Positions 1 through 11,940 of a DNA stretch of 64,000 bases are shown one piece after another; position 1 is the first letter of the stretch; each line of letters opens with the position of its first letter. The translations under genes were made by a program, and so were the position numbers. Source of the DNA: Moniliella sp. 'wahieum' (Eukaryota); NCBI GenBank assembly GCA_003971905.1, contig RSEE01000007.1:1116001-1180000 (forward strand), read 5' to 3'. Under the pieces are notes generated by a model, which saw nothing but the letters and a program-made list of their open reading frames with translations, searched no databases and had not been told where the DNA came from.

Positions 1-479
1 GGGGATGGGGATGGGTCGGAGTCCTCTTTGTTCCTAGTTTGTCATGTTGGGTCTCGCAGTTTTTTTGTTGCGGAAGCGCCGTATCCAATCCACTTCTCCT
101 TCACGATCGAAACGTTCCATTGAGCAGCGCAGGTCTTATCTGGGAGAATAGTAAAAGGGCCAGCAGGCTGTACGGTTGCGTGAGAAAGAGGAAGGGAGGG
201 GGAGAGCATTCTGTATAAGCGTTCTGGACCTATTTTGGTTGGGTTGGTCGGGGGGAGGAGATAGTGCACAGCTACCTTGTTTCGTCTTTGTGTAGACGAG
301 AGAGTGGAGAAGCGGGTATATTGGTACACTGAATACAGGTTGTGTAGGGGGCCGCAGAGATCTGGAAGGATGCTTGGTTGTAGAAAGGGCAAATAAGAGA
401 GGGTTGCCAGAGAGGTAGTGTGCGCACAAAGTGTGATGCGTATTATATAGGGGGGGTTGGGCATCAGTAGTTGAACCCT

Positions 480-1365
480 TCACGTAAGTGCGAAGGGCGG
501 GTCATCATGCTCAAAGGGGGGCAACCCCACAGAATTGCATGGACCGGGATCCAAAGGTAGAAGAGGAAGGGCATCCGTGAACAACGGTTCAGTGGGAGGG
601 AAGGTAGAGGGCGGGGAAGTGGCCAAGGAAAAAGGAGGCGAAGAGGTAGGAAACTGATACGAAGGCAGTGGGTTCGGCGGACTCAACTGATTCTGCGCCA
701 TGACGAGGGTGAGGGAATGGTGCAGTTGGTGAATAACGCGCCACAATTGGGTACGTTCCGATTGAGCGGCTGTCACTGCGTGCTGCAGTGCGCTCAGTTG
801 TGATTCTAGGTGCGCATACGAGGCGTGGTGCGCGTCAGTCTGCACCGCGGCACGCGTCGCCTCCCACCGTACTGTTTCCGAGTCGAGGGTACGACGACGG
901 ATGATGGTATCCAACAAGTCGGTCCTTCCCCGACGAAAGTGCGGGTGACTGAATTCCCACAGTTGGGGCTGCCAGCAGCTTTGGAGGAACGAAGGGGCTT
1001 GTTCATCTTGTAAAACCCGTACCTGCACAGCACATTGGTCAGCACCATTGCTTCTTCCATCACTGTCTATCCTTTCCAAACCACACCTCCAAACCACCAC
1101 AGGAAGAGGGGGGACGCGTACATATTGAGCTGGCGGACAAAGGAGCTGAAGTTGTGTGGTTGAAGTGTTGGCCAAGCACGTTGGTCGTAAATGCTTCCAC
1201 GTCGGAAATGATGACACTGGTCCCACTGGCGTTCCAAGCCAGGTGGCCAGCCGGGTCAGCCTCAGCGTCCTGGACCATCTTGTACAGTTTGTACACAAAC
1301 CTCGACTTGCGATCCTTTTCCCGGTAATCCATCAAGCCCTCTGGGACTGCTTGGGACAGAGGCAT
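480..1365 (-). CDS. HSF-type DNA-binding domain transcription factor (about 260 aa, 1 intron, frameshifted in assembly)
   Basis: Stitched translation MPLSQ...KSRFVYKLYKMVQD...LAWNASGTSVIISDVEAFTTNVLGQHF.H.NFSSFVRQLNM|YGFYKMNK...LWEFSHPHFRRGRTDLLDTIIRR matches the HSF DBD. Intron 1023-1121 (GTACGC...GCTGAC...CAG) restores LNMYGF. A short coiled-coil-like stretch follows (LESQLSALQHAV...LWRVIHQL). Confidence 0.88.
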
Positions 1366-4300
1366 GGCAGGAGCAGGGAGTAGGACCTCACTGCTTGTCC
1401 TGGGTACAGGGAGGGATGGGGGGCCCGGCGAGCAGGCAAGGAGCTGGCTGGGAGGAGGTCCGCGGGGGCGCGGGTGGGTTGTAAAGTGGCAAAGCAGGAG
1501 TAGGCTGGTGCTTGGTCCTGTCCACGAAGAGACGGCTGTGGGGGAGCACGAGAGGGACAAGTTGGGGTCGCTGGTGCAGAGTTCGGCGCTTGACGTGACC
1601 GTGTGTGGAATAAGCTCATAGGAGCTGGGAGTGTGCTGAACCGGCGGCCAGACGGTCGGTGGGACAGGGGGGAAGGAGTCCCGGAAGAGACCGGAGGTGA
1701 GGGGTGGGCTGGGGGCGAGTGGGAGAGGGGCGCGTGGGGGCTGGTTGTCAGAGATGGGGGTGTGCATGATCGATGTTGGTGGTTGGGAGAAGGGCAGAGG
1801 GGTTGGAGGCAGGGGCGAAGGGTACTGTCAGGCCAAGGCGAGGCGCGTCTGGTGGATATTTAGTGCATTTGCACGGCCCTTCTCCAACACTCTTTCTGAG
1901 AGGCTAGAGGATGCGGATAGAGGCGGAGGCATATAATGGTTGCGCAGCCTGCCGTGGGGTAGCAAGGGGCGAAAGGGCCCCTATGTATGTGTGCCAGCAT
2001 CATCACTATGATCGAAGTACAAAACACACACAGCCTACGTACGAACCGAGGTGAGAGACAAATGCAACCCCGTGAAGTTGCAAAACGGTGCAAGCAGACG
2101 ACGCACGCGCGAGTACCTGAGTACTACTCAGCCCAGTACCCTCCCAGCACTCAGTACTCAGTGAGTGTCCACAGTGGTGACATACCTGTGACATCGATCA
2201 TCCTGATCCACCACATTCGGATCTTGAGGCGACGCCGAGGCGGGGCCGAGGCGGAGCAGAGCCTCCAAACAGAGACTCCCAAAAGGCAGAACCGCCCAGA
2301 GCCGACCAACACGAACGGTACAACAGCGACATGTGGGACATCATAATCCGCATCCATCACCAGCGCAGCGCCTCTATCAGACCTCCAGGCCAGGTGGAAA
2401 CAACTCCGTCGGTCCTCACATCACAGTATTTTGTACCTAGTACGCCCCTTCCAAGCTTTTCTCCCTCCGCTTCCCGTTCCATGTACCACCAACCGCTGCT
2501 CTTGTGCTTTTGCCAGGCTCCCAAGGCTCTCCATCGATCCCCATATATCGTGCATCGGCCCATCTTCGACATCGATCATAGGAGTCTCCTGAATCTGCCA
2601 TGCATCACACATGCCCGCGACGACCGGCTATTTTTCGGTGCCTGGCGGTCGGCGGCACTTAATACGTGCCTCAGGCGTCAACCACAACACACTTATCGCT
2701 CTCACCAGCACCTTCAGCTTCAAAAGCATTACATACCCTGGACATGCGCCGCAATTCAGCGGGATTAAGCGATTAGGAGAGTAGCAACATAGCTACTAGT
2801 ACGGCCTAAAATTTCCTAAAAGCCCAACAACCAAGTCACTATAGTGACTTGCCCTCTGTGCCTCTACCCTTCTGCTTATTGCAAACCCTCTCCAACTCCG
2901 CACTTGCCCAAGTCCCTTGGTCTGAGATCTGAGTTCTTGAGAACTACTCGATCGCTCATCGCCTCAGGCCTGGGCGCCTCAGAAGCGCTGATATCTATGA
3001 GCCGCTGAGCGCGAGCGGGCGAAGGCCAGCGGCGGCGCGACTACCGATAGCACATGCAACGCCGAGCTTGGCACAGCCCTCGGTCTGTGATATGTCAGGG
3101 ATGTCGATGAGGTCGATGAGGGATGAGGCCTCAGCGCCTCAGCCTGAGGGATGTCGATACGTCTGGATGAGCGCTGCGCGCTGAGCGCGAGCGCGAGCAC
3201 CAGCTTGTGCGACTTGGAGCTTGGCACAAACCCTCTCTGACGTGGTGTCCAGCGTGGCGCCCCAGCCTCCATCATGCATCGCGCATCATGCATCGCCAGT
3301 CACACCGAGCACCGACCCCCGAGCACCGACCACCGAGCACCGGTATGTAGTAAGACCTAAGGCCCAAGGCCCAGGGGAGGACCAAACGAACCGCAGACAC
3401 CATCCAGTATCGGGCCCCTTTCTCAGCTAGCAGTCTGCTACAGCTCCAGTGAGTACTGAGTTAGGCCGGGGCTATGGGGGGAGGGGAGGAGAAAGAGGCT
3501 CAATACATAGTGCGCCCCATGCATCATGTCTGGGATATGATGCATGGCGTCTGTGGCATGCGACATGCGACATGCGACTTTGAATGGATGGGACATGGGA
3601 TTGTCTGATGAGTTCGATCAATCATAGTGACCATCTCGATCATCAAGCATATCTCAGATCTGATCTCAGATCACATGCATAACAGAGATTCATATGTTCT
3701 CGTTCAAGTTCAGCGGTGTACACTGGCCTGCGGCCTGAGGAGACACGTTTTCTGGACCAGGTGTGCAACAGGTTAAAAAGCCCCAAAGTAGCCGCGCCAC
3801 ATGCACAATACTCCGCGTATCCTTATACGTACCATCGGAGCCGCGCTGGGCCGCACTAGGCTGCGCTGCGCCTCTTTTGCGCATCAAGCTTCAAGCTCAA
3901 GCTGGCTCGTTTCCTTAACCTGATCTCAGACCCCGAAACGCCCCACTCGACTCCACACTTATCAAGGTCACTCGAGGCGGTGACATGGTGACCAAGTCGG
4001 GTTAGGCCTTAGGCATTCGTACTCTTAGTAGGGTCAGTCGGTTTGCCTCCTGTTGCTTTTGGTCTGTGCTCCACGCCACAAGTGGAAAAATTGACTCCAT
4101 CGGGCCACCGTCGGCACCACTTTTTTTTCAGATCTCAGACTGAGATCTCACTGGTCACCGGTCACCAGCCACCGGTCACCAGTCTCAGATCTCACCCCAG
4201 CCTGTCAAATTAAGAAGGTGGTGTGGACCATCACATGTCACAGCCACGGCATGACTTACTGGGTATCATATACCAAGCACGTTCGCTCCCGACCCCATGT

Positions 4301-4525
4301 CCGCCTCGGATTTTCTGGATTATCGACAACCATAGGTTTGAATATGAAGAGGAGGCATCTAAGTGGAGACGAGAGGGTGGCTGTATTGAATCAAATGGCC
4401 GGAAATGGTCAGGAGCTGGACAGGACGAGAAGGGAAAGTGGGGAAAAGGATCGCGACTGATGATCGATGATTGATGATCGAGGATGCTGACCGCTGTCCC
4501 TTTTTTGGTAACCCCCTCCTAAGCC

Positions 4526-5770
4526 CTATCGCACTAGCATGGCTGTTGACAGCACGAAGCAGACGAAGCAAGCGAAGGCTGCGAAGGCACTAAGAATATC
4601 ATCCGATAGCACTTCCTCGTAATGCATAACGCAGAACACTTGGTAGCATATATCACTTTTAAAGAAGATAGGACACTCGTTTTTGTTGTGGTACAAATCA
4701 CATATTGGGTTGCCGAACCCTGTTGGCATCGTTGGCAGCAGTAGGTCCACAAGCGTGCAAACCCGACCTTGAGCAACACCTGTTGTTGTTTGTCGAGAGG
4801 CGCTCGCACCGAGATTGCATCGAGGTTGCGCCTACGATCAGTGGGGCATATATGACAGGGAACTGGCCTTGGGAGTTGGGGGCAAAAAGCGTTGCGGTTA
4901 TTCCCGATACTCCCCCGTCTTGATGGCGAACGCCATCAGTGCGCCGACGCTTGACGTGGCTTTAACGTAATGGCACACGGTACTAATGACGCACGGTACG
5001 TCGCCCGTCAAGAGGGAGCACGCATACGAACCAAGGATGGTCTCAAAGGTGTGCATTAGAGGTGTTGGACAGTGGGTTGTCGGAGTAGTATAGTATGCCG
5101 ATGGGTGTGCTGTGTTCCACCGTAGAGTGTGGGGCCACAGACTATTCATACCCGGGTGCGCCTGGGGGAACGACGGATAGAAGGGAGGGGGGCGGTTAGG
5201 GGGGGGTCAGCAGGAGGGTCGCACGTCATACCTTTAGCTTCTTTAATGATCAGGTAGGGTACGTGCAACGACAAGGAAGGCGCGGATCCAGGATCGCGTT
5301 TGCGCATTCATTGTGTCACCTTCACATGGGCCTCTGTTTGGCAGAGCGTAGTTAGTCTTGGCCAATGCCTTGGAGATGATCAAAAGGGAGAGATCAATCT
5401 TCTTGTTTTACAAAAGAGGTCCGCCGACCGAGATGACATGTTTGACATACGCTTCTCCGCCGCTCCCACGTCCCAGTTCATCAGCATTTCCCATCAACCA
5501 ACTTCTCGATGACAATCTCCTTGAATTTGGGACCCTTCTTGTCGTGCGTTTCAGGGCGGGTTCAGTACAGCCCCATAGCGGGTTTCTTGTTGATCACAAG
5601 AGGAAGGGGAATATACCTTTGAGAACTCGAGCTTGAAGGTATTGATAAACGTCTTGCTCACCCGCTGCTCAGTCGCTTGTTCAGTCGGCGCCGATGCGCA
5701 TCGCCGCCGCCAGGCCGGGCACACCAAATTTGATCCGCACGGCAAGTCGGGAGCATTATAACTTACCTCG
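4526..5770 (-). other. Possible degraded or orphan intron-containing coding region, product unknown
   Basis: High-complexity, protein-like fragments in several minus frames (KGPKFKEIVIEKLVDGK; HTFETILGSYACSLLTGDVPCVIS; LLLPTMPTGFGNPICDLYHNKNECPIFF) and a GTAAGT donor near 5766. No family recognised. Confidence 0.25.
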
Positions 5771-5869
5771 GCATCGTGCTCGCAGCCCTTGGCAATGGTG
5801 TATTAATCGCGCTTCAATCACTCCCTCCTGCTTGGTCGCGTGGATCCTTTGTCGACCACAACGGACATC

Positions 5870-6150
5870 TAAGTACATCCACTAACCAAGCGTGAGCACA
5901 GGAGACTCTCTCAGTGGGAAGCACCCGAGCGCGACGAGCTCGGTAGTCCATTGATTCACACTACGCGTGAGCACAGAGACTCTCTCAGGGGGAAGCAGCA
6001 GATGGCTGGCCAGCTCGGCAGTACATTGACTAACTAAGTGTGAGCGCCAGTGCCTCTCTCAGTGGGTAGCATCCGAGAGCAGGGCCGCTCGGGGCTTCAT
6101 TGACTAGCGAAGCGTGAGCACAACAAACTCTCTCTATGGGAGGCACCCCG
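5870..6150. repeat. Degenerate tandem repeat, ~74-bp unit, ~3.5 copies
   Basis: GTGAGC starts at 5892, 5967, 6040 and 6114 (spacings 75, 73, 74). Shared blocks are GTGAGC, CTCTCTC(A), GGG(A/T)AGCA, GCTCGG and CATTGA. Confidence 0.85.
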
Positions 6151-7666
6151 GAAGGAAGGGTGGATCGGCTACGGCGTGACTAGGCCAGTGCTCCAGTCGG
6201 CAGGCTCTCTCGGCTACTGTCTGCCTGACCTGGGGGGTATAACTATAGGGCCCAGTAGTCGTCGCATCGAGCTGCAGTCGATCATTGCGACAACCACCCC
6301 CCCCCATCTTCTCACGCGTCAAACACATGTGCTTGTCTAATCCATCAGTATCATCGATTGAACCGTTGCGGGATGTAGGCGTCTGTCATAACAATGCATC
6401 GCCAAGTGACGGTACGAGACTCTCAAGTCCACCATTCTGCAATTCCGTAATGAGCGAACGATGCACATCTTCCTTCTGTTGTCCAAGAAAATCAACGAGA
6501 GACACAGATTTGAGGGTGTGTATTGTATGTAGGAACGCAACGGTTTGCATTATAGTCCCGCTGCATAATATGACCTTGCAACATGTCCAGCTGCAAAAAC
6601 GGCCTTGGAGATCGGTGATAAGCTTGTTGTCCGTCGTATTATATCACAGGCCTCGGAGGTTAAGCTTGACTTTGGTGCGGCTGTTTCTCTCTCAGCCCTG
6701 GCAGATGGGGGGAATTGAGCTGGTTTGAAGCTTGATCGCTTTGGTTCTCGATCAAGAGGTAGGGCACGTCAACGTGGGACGTATTGTAACCAATGGCTAT
6801 ACTATGTTGGGGTCCATACCTGTTGGACAACGCGCTCATTAATCATTTCTCCAACGCGTCCTTTTGCGAGGCAGAGCTGGCAGACGAAGGCGGCCTGCTC
6901 TGCCTGTTTGCTGTGTGGTGAAATGTGAAATGTGAAATGCTAAATATGAAACGTTCAACCTTAAACGTTCAACATGGAGGCGCTCCTTGTCGCTCTCACC
7001 TCTCACGCGTCACGTGCAATGCTGCCTGGGCACTTGGCTGGGGGGCTGCCCGTCTGCGCGTTGCTCCGCCTGGGCCGCCGGGTAGAGGCAGGTCGAGGCA
7101 GAGTGAGGCCTGAGGCGGACAAGCGGAAGGCATCAGCACCCAGCAGGAATACTCGGTGCAACGTCCAGGACCCGTGCACCGCAGCCACACAGCCCAGTCA
7201 TTTGTCCCGGGGACGCGCCAGTGGTGCAGTGCCAGTCTTCGTGCACCGTGTGTCCACCGCATTTCCACCCAGCCGCACCGGCTGAAATTTCACGCTCGCC
7301 CCATCCGATGGTGCGTGCGTGTGGTGCGACACGCGTGAAAGCGCGCGGGGGACGGGAAGCTGTCCGCTGCGCTTGGCGCTTCATACTTGGCTGGCCAGTT
7401 TCACGAACCCAGCATCATTCACAGCATCCCACCTGCTCTGGCCGCTGCGCGGGGCAAGCAAGCCCAGCCAGCCCACAGCAGCGCTTCCCAAGTCCACCCC
7501 AGCCGCACCCTGCCCACCTCAGCCTGCCCACCGGCCCACGACCCCTCCGACTCCCGGGCCCACCTTTAAGTTCACCAGCGCCTCCCCCCCCCCCCCTCCC
7601 CCTCGTCTTTTCCCTTTCCCTTTCCCTTTCCCTTTCCCACCACCACGTCCCCTCCTCCCCTCGACC

Positions 7667-8892
7667 ATGGCATCCACCGTTCCATCCTGGAAACGCTCGG
7701 CCGACCAAGGCCCCGTCCTGTCCTACCGTGCCCCCTTGTCGTTCGACACGCTCCTGGGCCTGCTCAACGCGACGCTCCTCAGGCCGTGGGCACTGCCCCT
7801 TCTCCCGCTTGGCGCGGTAGCCGAGGCCGTGCACAAGGGCACTGTGCCTGCGCCCGCATCGCTGCTCGATACGCTGCACACGCAAGGGGTCAACGGTGTA
7901 CTGACCGCTCTGCGGCCGTAGCGCACACGGCGACAGTGAGCAAGTGGCTGTTTGTCCTCGTCTTGCTCTGGAACCTGCACCGCACAGCGACGCGCTACGT
8001 GAAGAATTTGGGAGCCTTCCGTGCCGACCCAATTGATTTGAGAAGGATGTGATTGTCGTGACGGGAGGTGCGGCCGGGATTGGCAAGGCGGTAGTAGAGC
8101 TACTGTCGCACAAACATCATGCCAAAGTGGCCGTTTTGGACATGGCTGCTCCTACCTACGCACCAGCACCAGCTGGTGCCCCGGCCATCCTGTACATCAA
8201 CGGACGTGACGTCCAAAGCGGCTGTCGCGACCGCCGCGCGCAGATTAAGGAAACGTTTGGTTCTGACCCGGCCGTCTTGGTTAACAATGCCGGTTTGGCA
8301 GAGGGGCATCGGTTGTTGGATGTGGACTTGGCGTTGGTGGAACGCTTGTGGCGGGTGAATACGTTGGCGCACTATGTCACCATTCAACAGTTCCTCCCGG
8401 CTATGATTGCCGCCAACCACGGTCACGTCGTTAGTGTCGCTTCGTCGGCTTCTTACATGTCGATCCCGCAGCTCGGCACGTACGCCATGACCAAGAGCGG
8501 GGCTTTGGCTGTGCACGAGGCCTTGACGGGCGAACTGCGGGCGCGGTACAATGCGCGTAGGGTACGCACCACCGTCGTTTGTCCCACCAAGGTCCGTACC
8601 GCCTTGGGCGACGCCCTTGGAAGACCAAGCCAACCAATTGCTCGCACCTACCCTGGAACCAGTCCAAGTCGGCCAGCGCATTGTCGATGCCATTAAATCG
8701 GGGTTGAGCATGCAAATCATCATGCCGGGCATCATGAACATTCTCCCCATTGCCAGTCGCGGCCCGGCATGGGCACGCCGCCTGGTAGAAGTCATTGGCG
8801 ATACCGATAACAATGTCACGGACAAATCCATCAGTCGCGCCACTAGCAACGGCTACAGCGTCGACATGAAAGCACCCAACAAGAAGGACTAA
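7667..8892 (+). CDS. Short-chain dehydrogenase/reductase (classical SDR, retinol/17-beta-HSD11-like) with hydrophobic N-terminus; frameshifted
   Basis: Rossmann motif VTGGAAGIG, LVNNAG, catalytic S...YAMTK (YxxxK) and VCP. ATG 7667 and TAA 8890-8892, joined across about 3-4 frame changes. Confidence 0.9.
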
Positions 8893-10496
8893 TGGTCTCT
8901 CTGCGTCTCTGATCCGATCCGATCCAATTCAATCCGATCCGATCCAACAAGGTGTAAGCCCAGTGCTGCCCATCCTGGGAAACATTGGTTTCTCTTTCTC
9001 CTCCTGGCTGCATGCTTCGCTTTGGGAACCGTCGCTAGTCCCTGGTCCCCGACGACCTCGAGTGCGCAACGCGAAACGAAAGGTCTGGCATCCCATTCAG
9101 TTCCTGGCTAATGTCACATGTCATCGATTTTCGATACTCACTTAACTCGGCATACCTACTTTGTGTCCGTTGTGCATACATAGCTCGCACTCTGTAGGAC
9201 AGTGCTAGTGGTGCAGATGGATGAATTCATCAATCACGCACATGCACATAGATAGTACCTTCCGTCGCGCGCGTTAGTACGAGTGGAGAATCTCATTCTA
9301 CTATGGAAGACATGCAGGCACCTCTACTATAGTTCAACTCCCAGAAACGGCATCCGTCGCTTGACTCCTTCACGCTTCACGCTCCACGGTCCACGCTTTT
9401 CACTTCACGTGAAGCTTGAAGCAGCTTGAAGCTTGAAGCTTGAAGCCTCACGAGTCACTAGTCCCTCTTCAAGCTTCACGACACGGGGCGTTGGTTCCAT
9501 GGAGGAGGTGGAGAGCGGGACAAGAAGACAACGAAAAACCAAAACCAAAACCAAAAGGGAAAGAAAAAGGAAAGGGAAAGGAAAACGTGCACTCGCCGGC
9601 ATTCGAGCCGGGCAACTAACACTTGTTCGTGCAGTGTGTAGTACAGTTAGTTCCTCGTGATGGAACCCCATGGTCGATGGGAAAAGTTGCACCTTAACCA
9701 CTACTTGATCACGAGTGCGCGGGAACGTCATGAACGAAGGGGCAACGAGACGAAACTTGAAGCGTGGAGTTGGAAGCAGGATCGGTCCACGCTTAAACAT
9801 TGCGCCTTCCAGTCCAACAAGTTCAACCAGTCCAACAAGTTCAACCTTGGAAACTGTAGCTTGGTCGAATTTCCCAGCCGAACCAAAGTGGATGGGGTGG
9901 GGCTTAGGGCTTAGCCTTTACTAGGGCACATAGAGAGGGCCTATATAGGAACCTCCTACGGCAGCAGGCATCTATCTGCATCCAAAACTACCTATAGTAG
10001 TTCGGACCTCGTACCTAGAACCTAGCCACTAGTAGCCACCACACGTCCCGCATCACGCATCACTAGTGCTTTGCGTACCAGTATACCATTGCATATTGCA
10101 CCCAACCCAACGTCCAAGCAAACCAAAATCCAAAACCCAAAGACCCTGGACGGGCCGGGCGAACCGCCGAGACCAAGCGCCAACGAGGCCCGAGGCACGA
10201 CGCACGACGCAGGTCCAATCGATCATCCAGATCTACGATCTAAAATCTAATCCAGACGGGCCGATCCCCCGCGCCACGATGCACGATACCAGGTTACCAC
10301 GACACCAGGAGACCACACAGGAGACCACACAGGAGACCAGCATCATCGGTGACTCCGGTGACTAGTGACTGGGAATTGTTGGTACCCGGTACCCCCGCGC
10401 ACGCGTGGCGCCCGCGCGCCCCCGTGCAGTGTGGTGCCCAGTGGGGTACGGATGATCGAGAAAGCCGCAGTGGCTCGAGCCATGCCCCAGGCGACA

Positions 10497-10797
10497 CGCA
10501 AAGCAAAGCAAAGCAAGCAAAGCAAAGCAAAGCAAAGCAAAGCAAAGCAAAGCAGCAAGCAAAGCAAAGCAAGCAAAGCAAAGCAAAGCAAAGCAAAGCA
10601 AAGCAAAGCAAAGCAAAGCAAAGCAAGCAAAGCAAAGCAAAGCAAAGCAAAGCAAAGCAAAGCAAGCAACGCAAGCAAAGCCAAGCAAAGCAAAGCAACA
10701 AAGCAAAGCAAGCAAAGCAAAGCAAGCAAAGCAAAGCAACAAGCAAAGCAAAGCAAAGCAAAGCAAGCAAAGCAAAGCAAAGCAAAGCAAAGCAAAG
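10497..10797. repeat. (GCAAA)n pentanucleotide microsatellite, ~300 bp, interrupted by GCAA variants
   Basis: Directly visible tandem GCAAA units. Confidence 0.97.
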
Positions 10798-11940
10798 ACC
10801 GCCTGAGTTGGATGGTGGCTGGTGGCTGTTTTCTGCTGGCTTGGGGACGTGGGTGCAGGTTGGTACCAACCGGTACAGACCAAGCTCCCGCAACAGCGGA
10901 GAGTCCTCCCGTCCTGCATCCTGAGCGCCCTGAGCGCCCTGGGCCTCAGGTGGCCGGTGAGGCTCACCCTCAGGCTGAGGTTTCAGTTGACATGAACCCG
11001 GCGGCGCAGAGGTACTGAGTACGTGGAGGCGCAGCAGGGGCTAGGGTTGGCGTGTCGATCCTGGCGATCAGCATCATGCATCACCCATCACCGCTCAGCG
11101 ATCCTTCGATCCCTCGATCAGGGCCGGGCGCAGAGCACAGCACAGCAGGGCACAGAAGAACACGGCAGAGCACACAAGAGCACGGCAGAGCACTGCCCAC
11201 TGCCCACCGAGCGCCGAGCGCCGAGGCGAGCGCTTGCGCTTGTGCTTGCCGGGTACCCGCGGACGCTGGGCACGAGCGCCCAGCAGGAGCGCACTCAGGC
11301 GGACTACGATGTTTGATCGGTGATCAGTGGTCTCACAGTACAGTACTGATACTGCACTGGTCCTGAGGCACTGAGGTCTGGCTGGACTGGCCGCAGCAGG
11401 AAGGAGGGTTACTGGTTAGGCCGTGGGCTGGCGTATGCGTGGAGTGGCGGCGTGGGGCTGGTCACCGTCACTGGTCAGCCTGACCGCTCAGCTGAGCTCA
11501 GCGGACGCCTTGCTAGGCGCTGGTCCCCAGTGGGCGCGTGAGCAGCGACGGGTGACCATGGCTCGTCGTTTGTTGCTGGCTGCGGCCGTTTGATGCGCCG
11601 CCCCGATCAGACGAGCAGACCAGACGTCTGGTGGCGGCGCGAGAGAAGCGAGAGACAGCGCGAGTGTGCAGGCAGTACGCAGCACGCGCACGTAGCACGC
11701 AGCACGTAGCACACTGCACGCACCACACTGCACGCACCACACTGCACGCACCACACTGCACGCACCACACCGCACAGCACACCGCAAGAACACAGTCCCT
11801 AGGCACGCACGCAGTACACAGCAACTGCCCGCCGCTCTTTCCCCCTTTCCCACCCCCACCACCGCTTGCCCACCTCCGGCTCTGCGTCCCACCGCCTGCT
11901 TGCCTCTGCTCTGCTCTGCTCTGCCCCTTGTACCACGCAC

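Noticed and set aside
5870..6150. CRISPR array, tRNA array or hammerhead ribozyme interpretation of the 74-bp repeat
   Set aside because: The context is eukaryotic with no cas genes, the repeats are degenerate, there are no tRNA A/B boxes, and there is no CUGANGA...GAAA core on either strand.
9901..9930. TTAGGG-like sequence suggesting telomeric repeats
   Set aside because: Only isolated copies, with no tandem array.
10294..11018. Long ORFs on both strands (KAKQS and LCFAL repeats)
   Set aside because: They are simply translations of the stop-free (GCAAA)n microsatellite.
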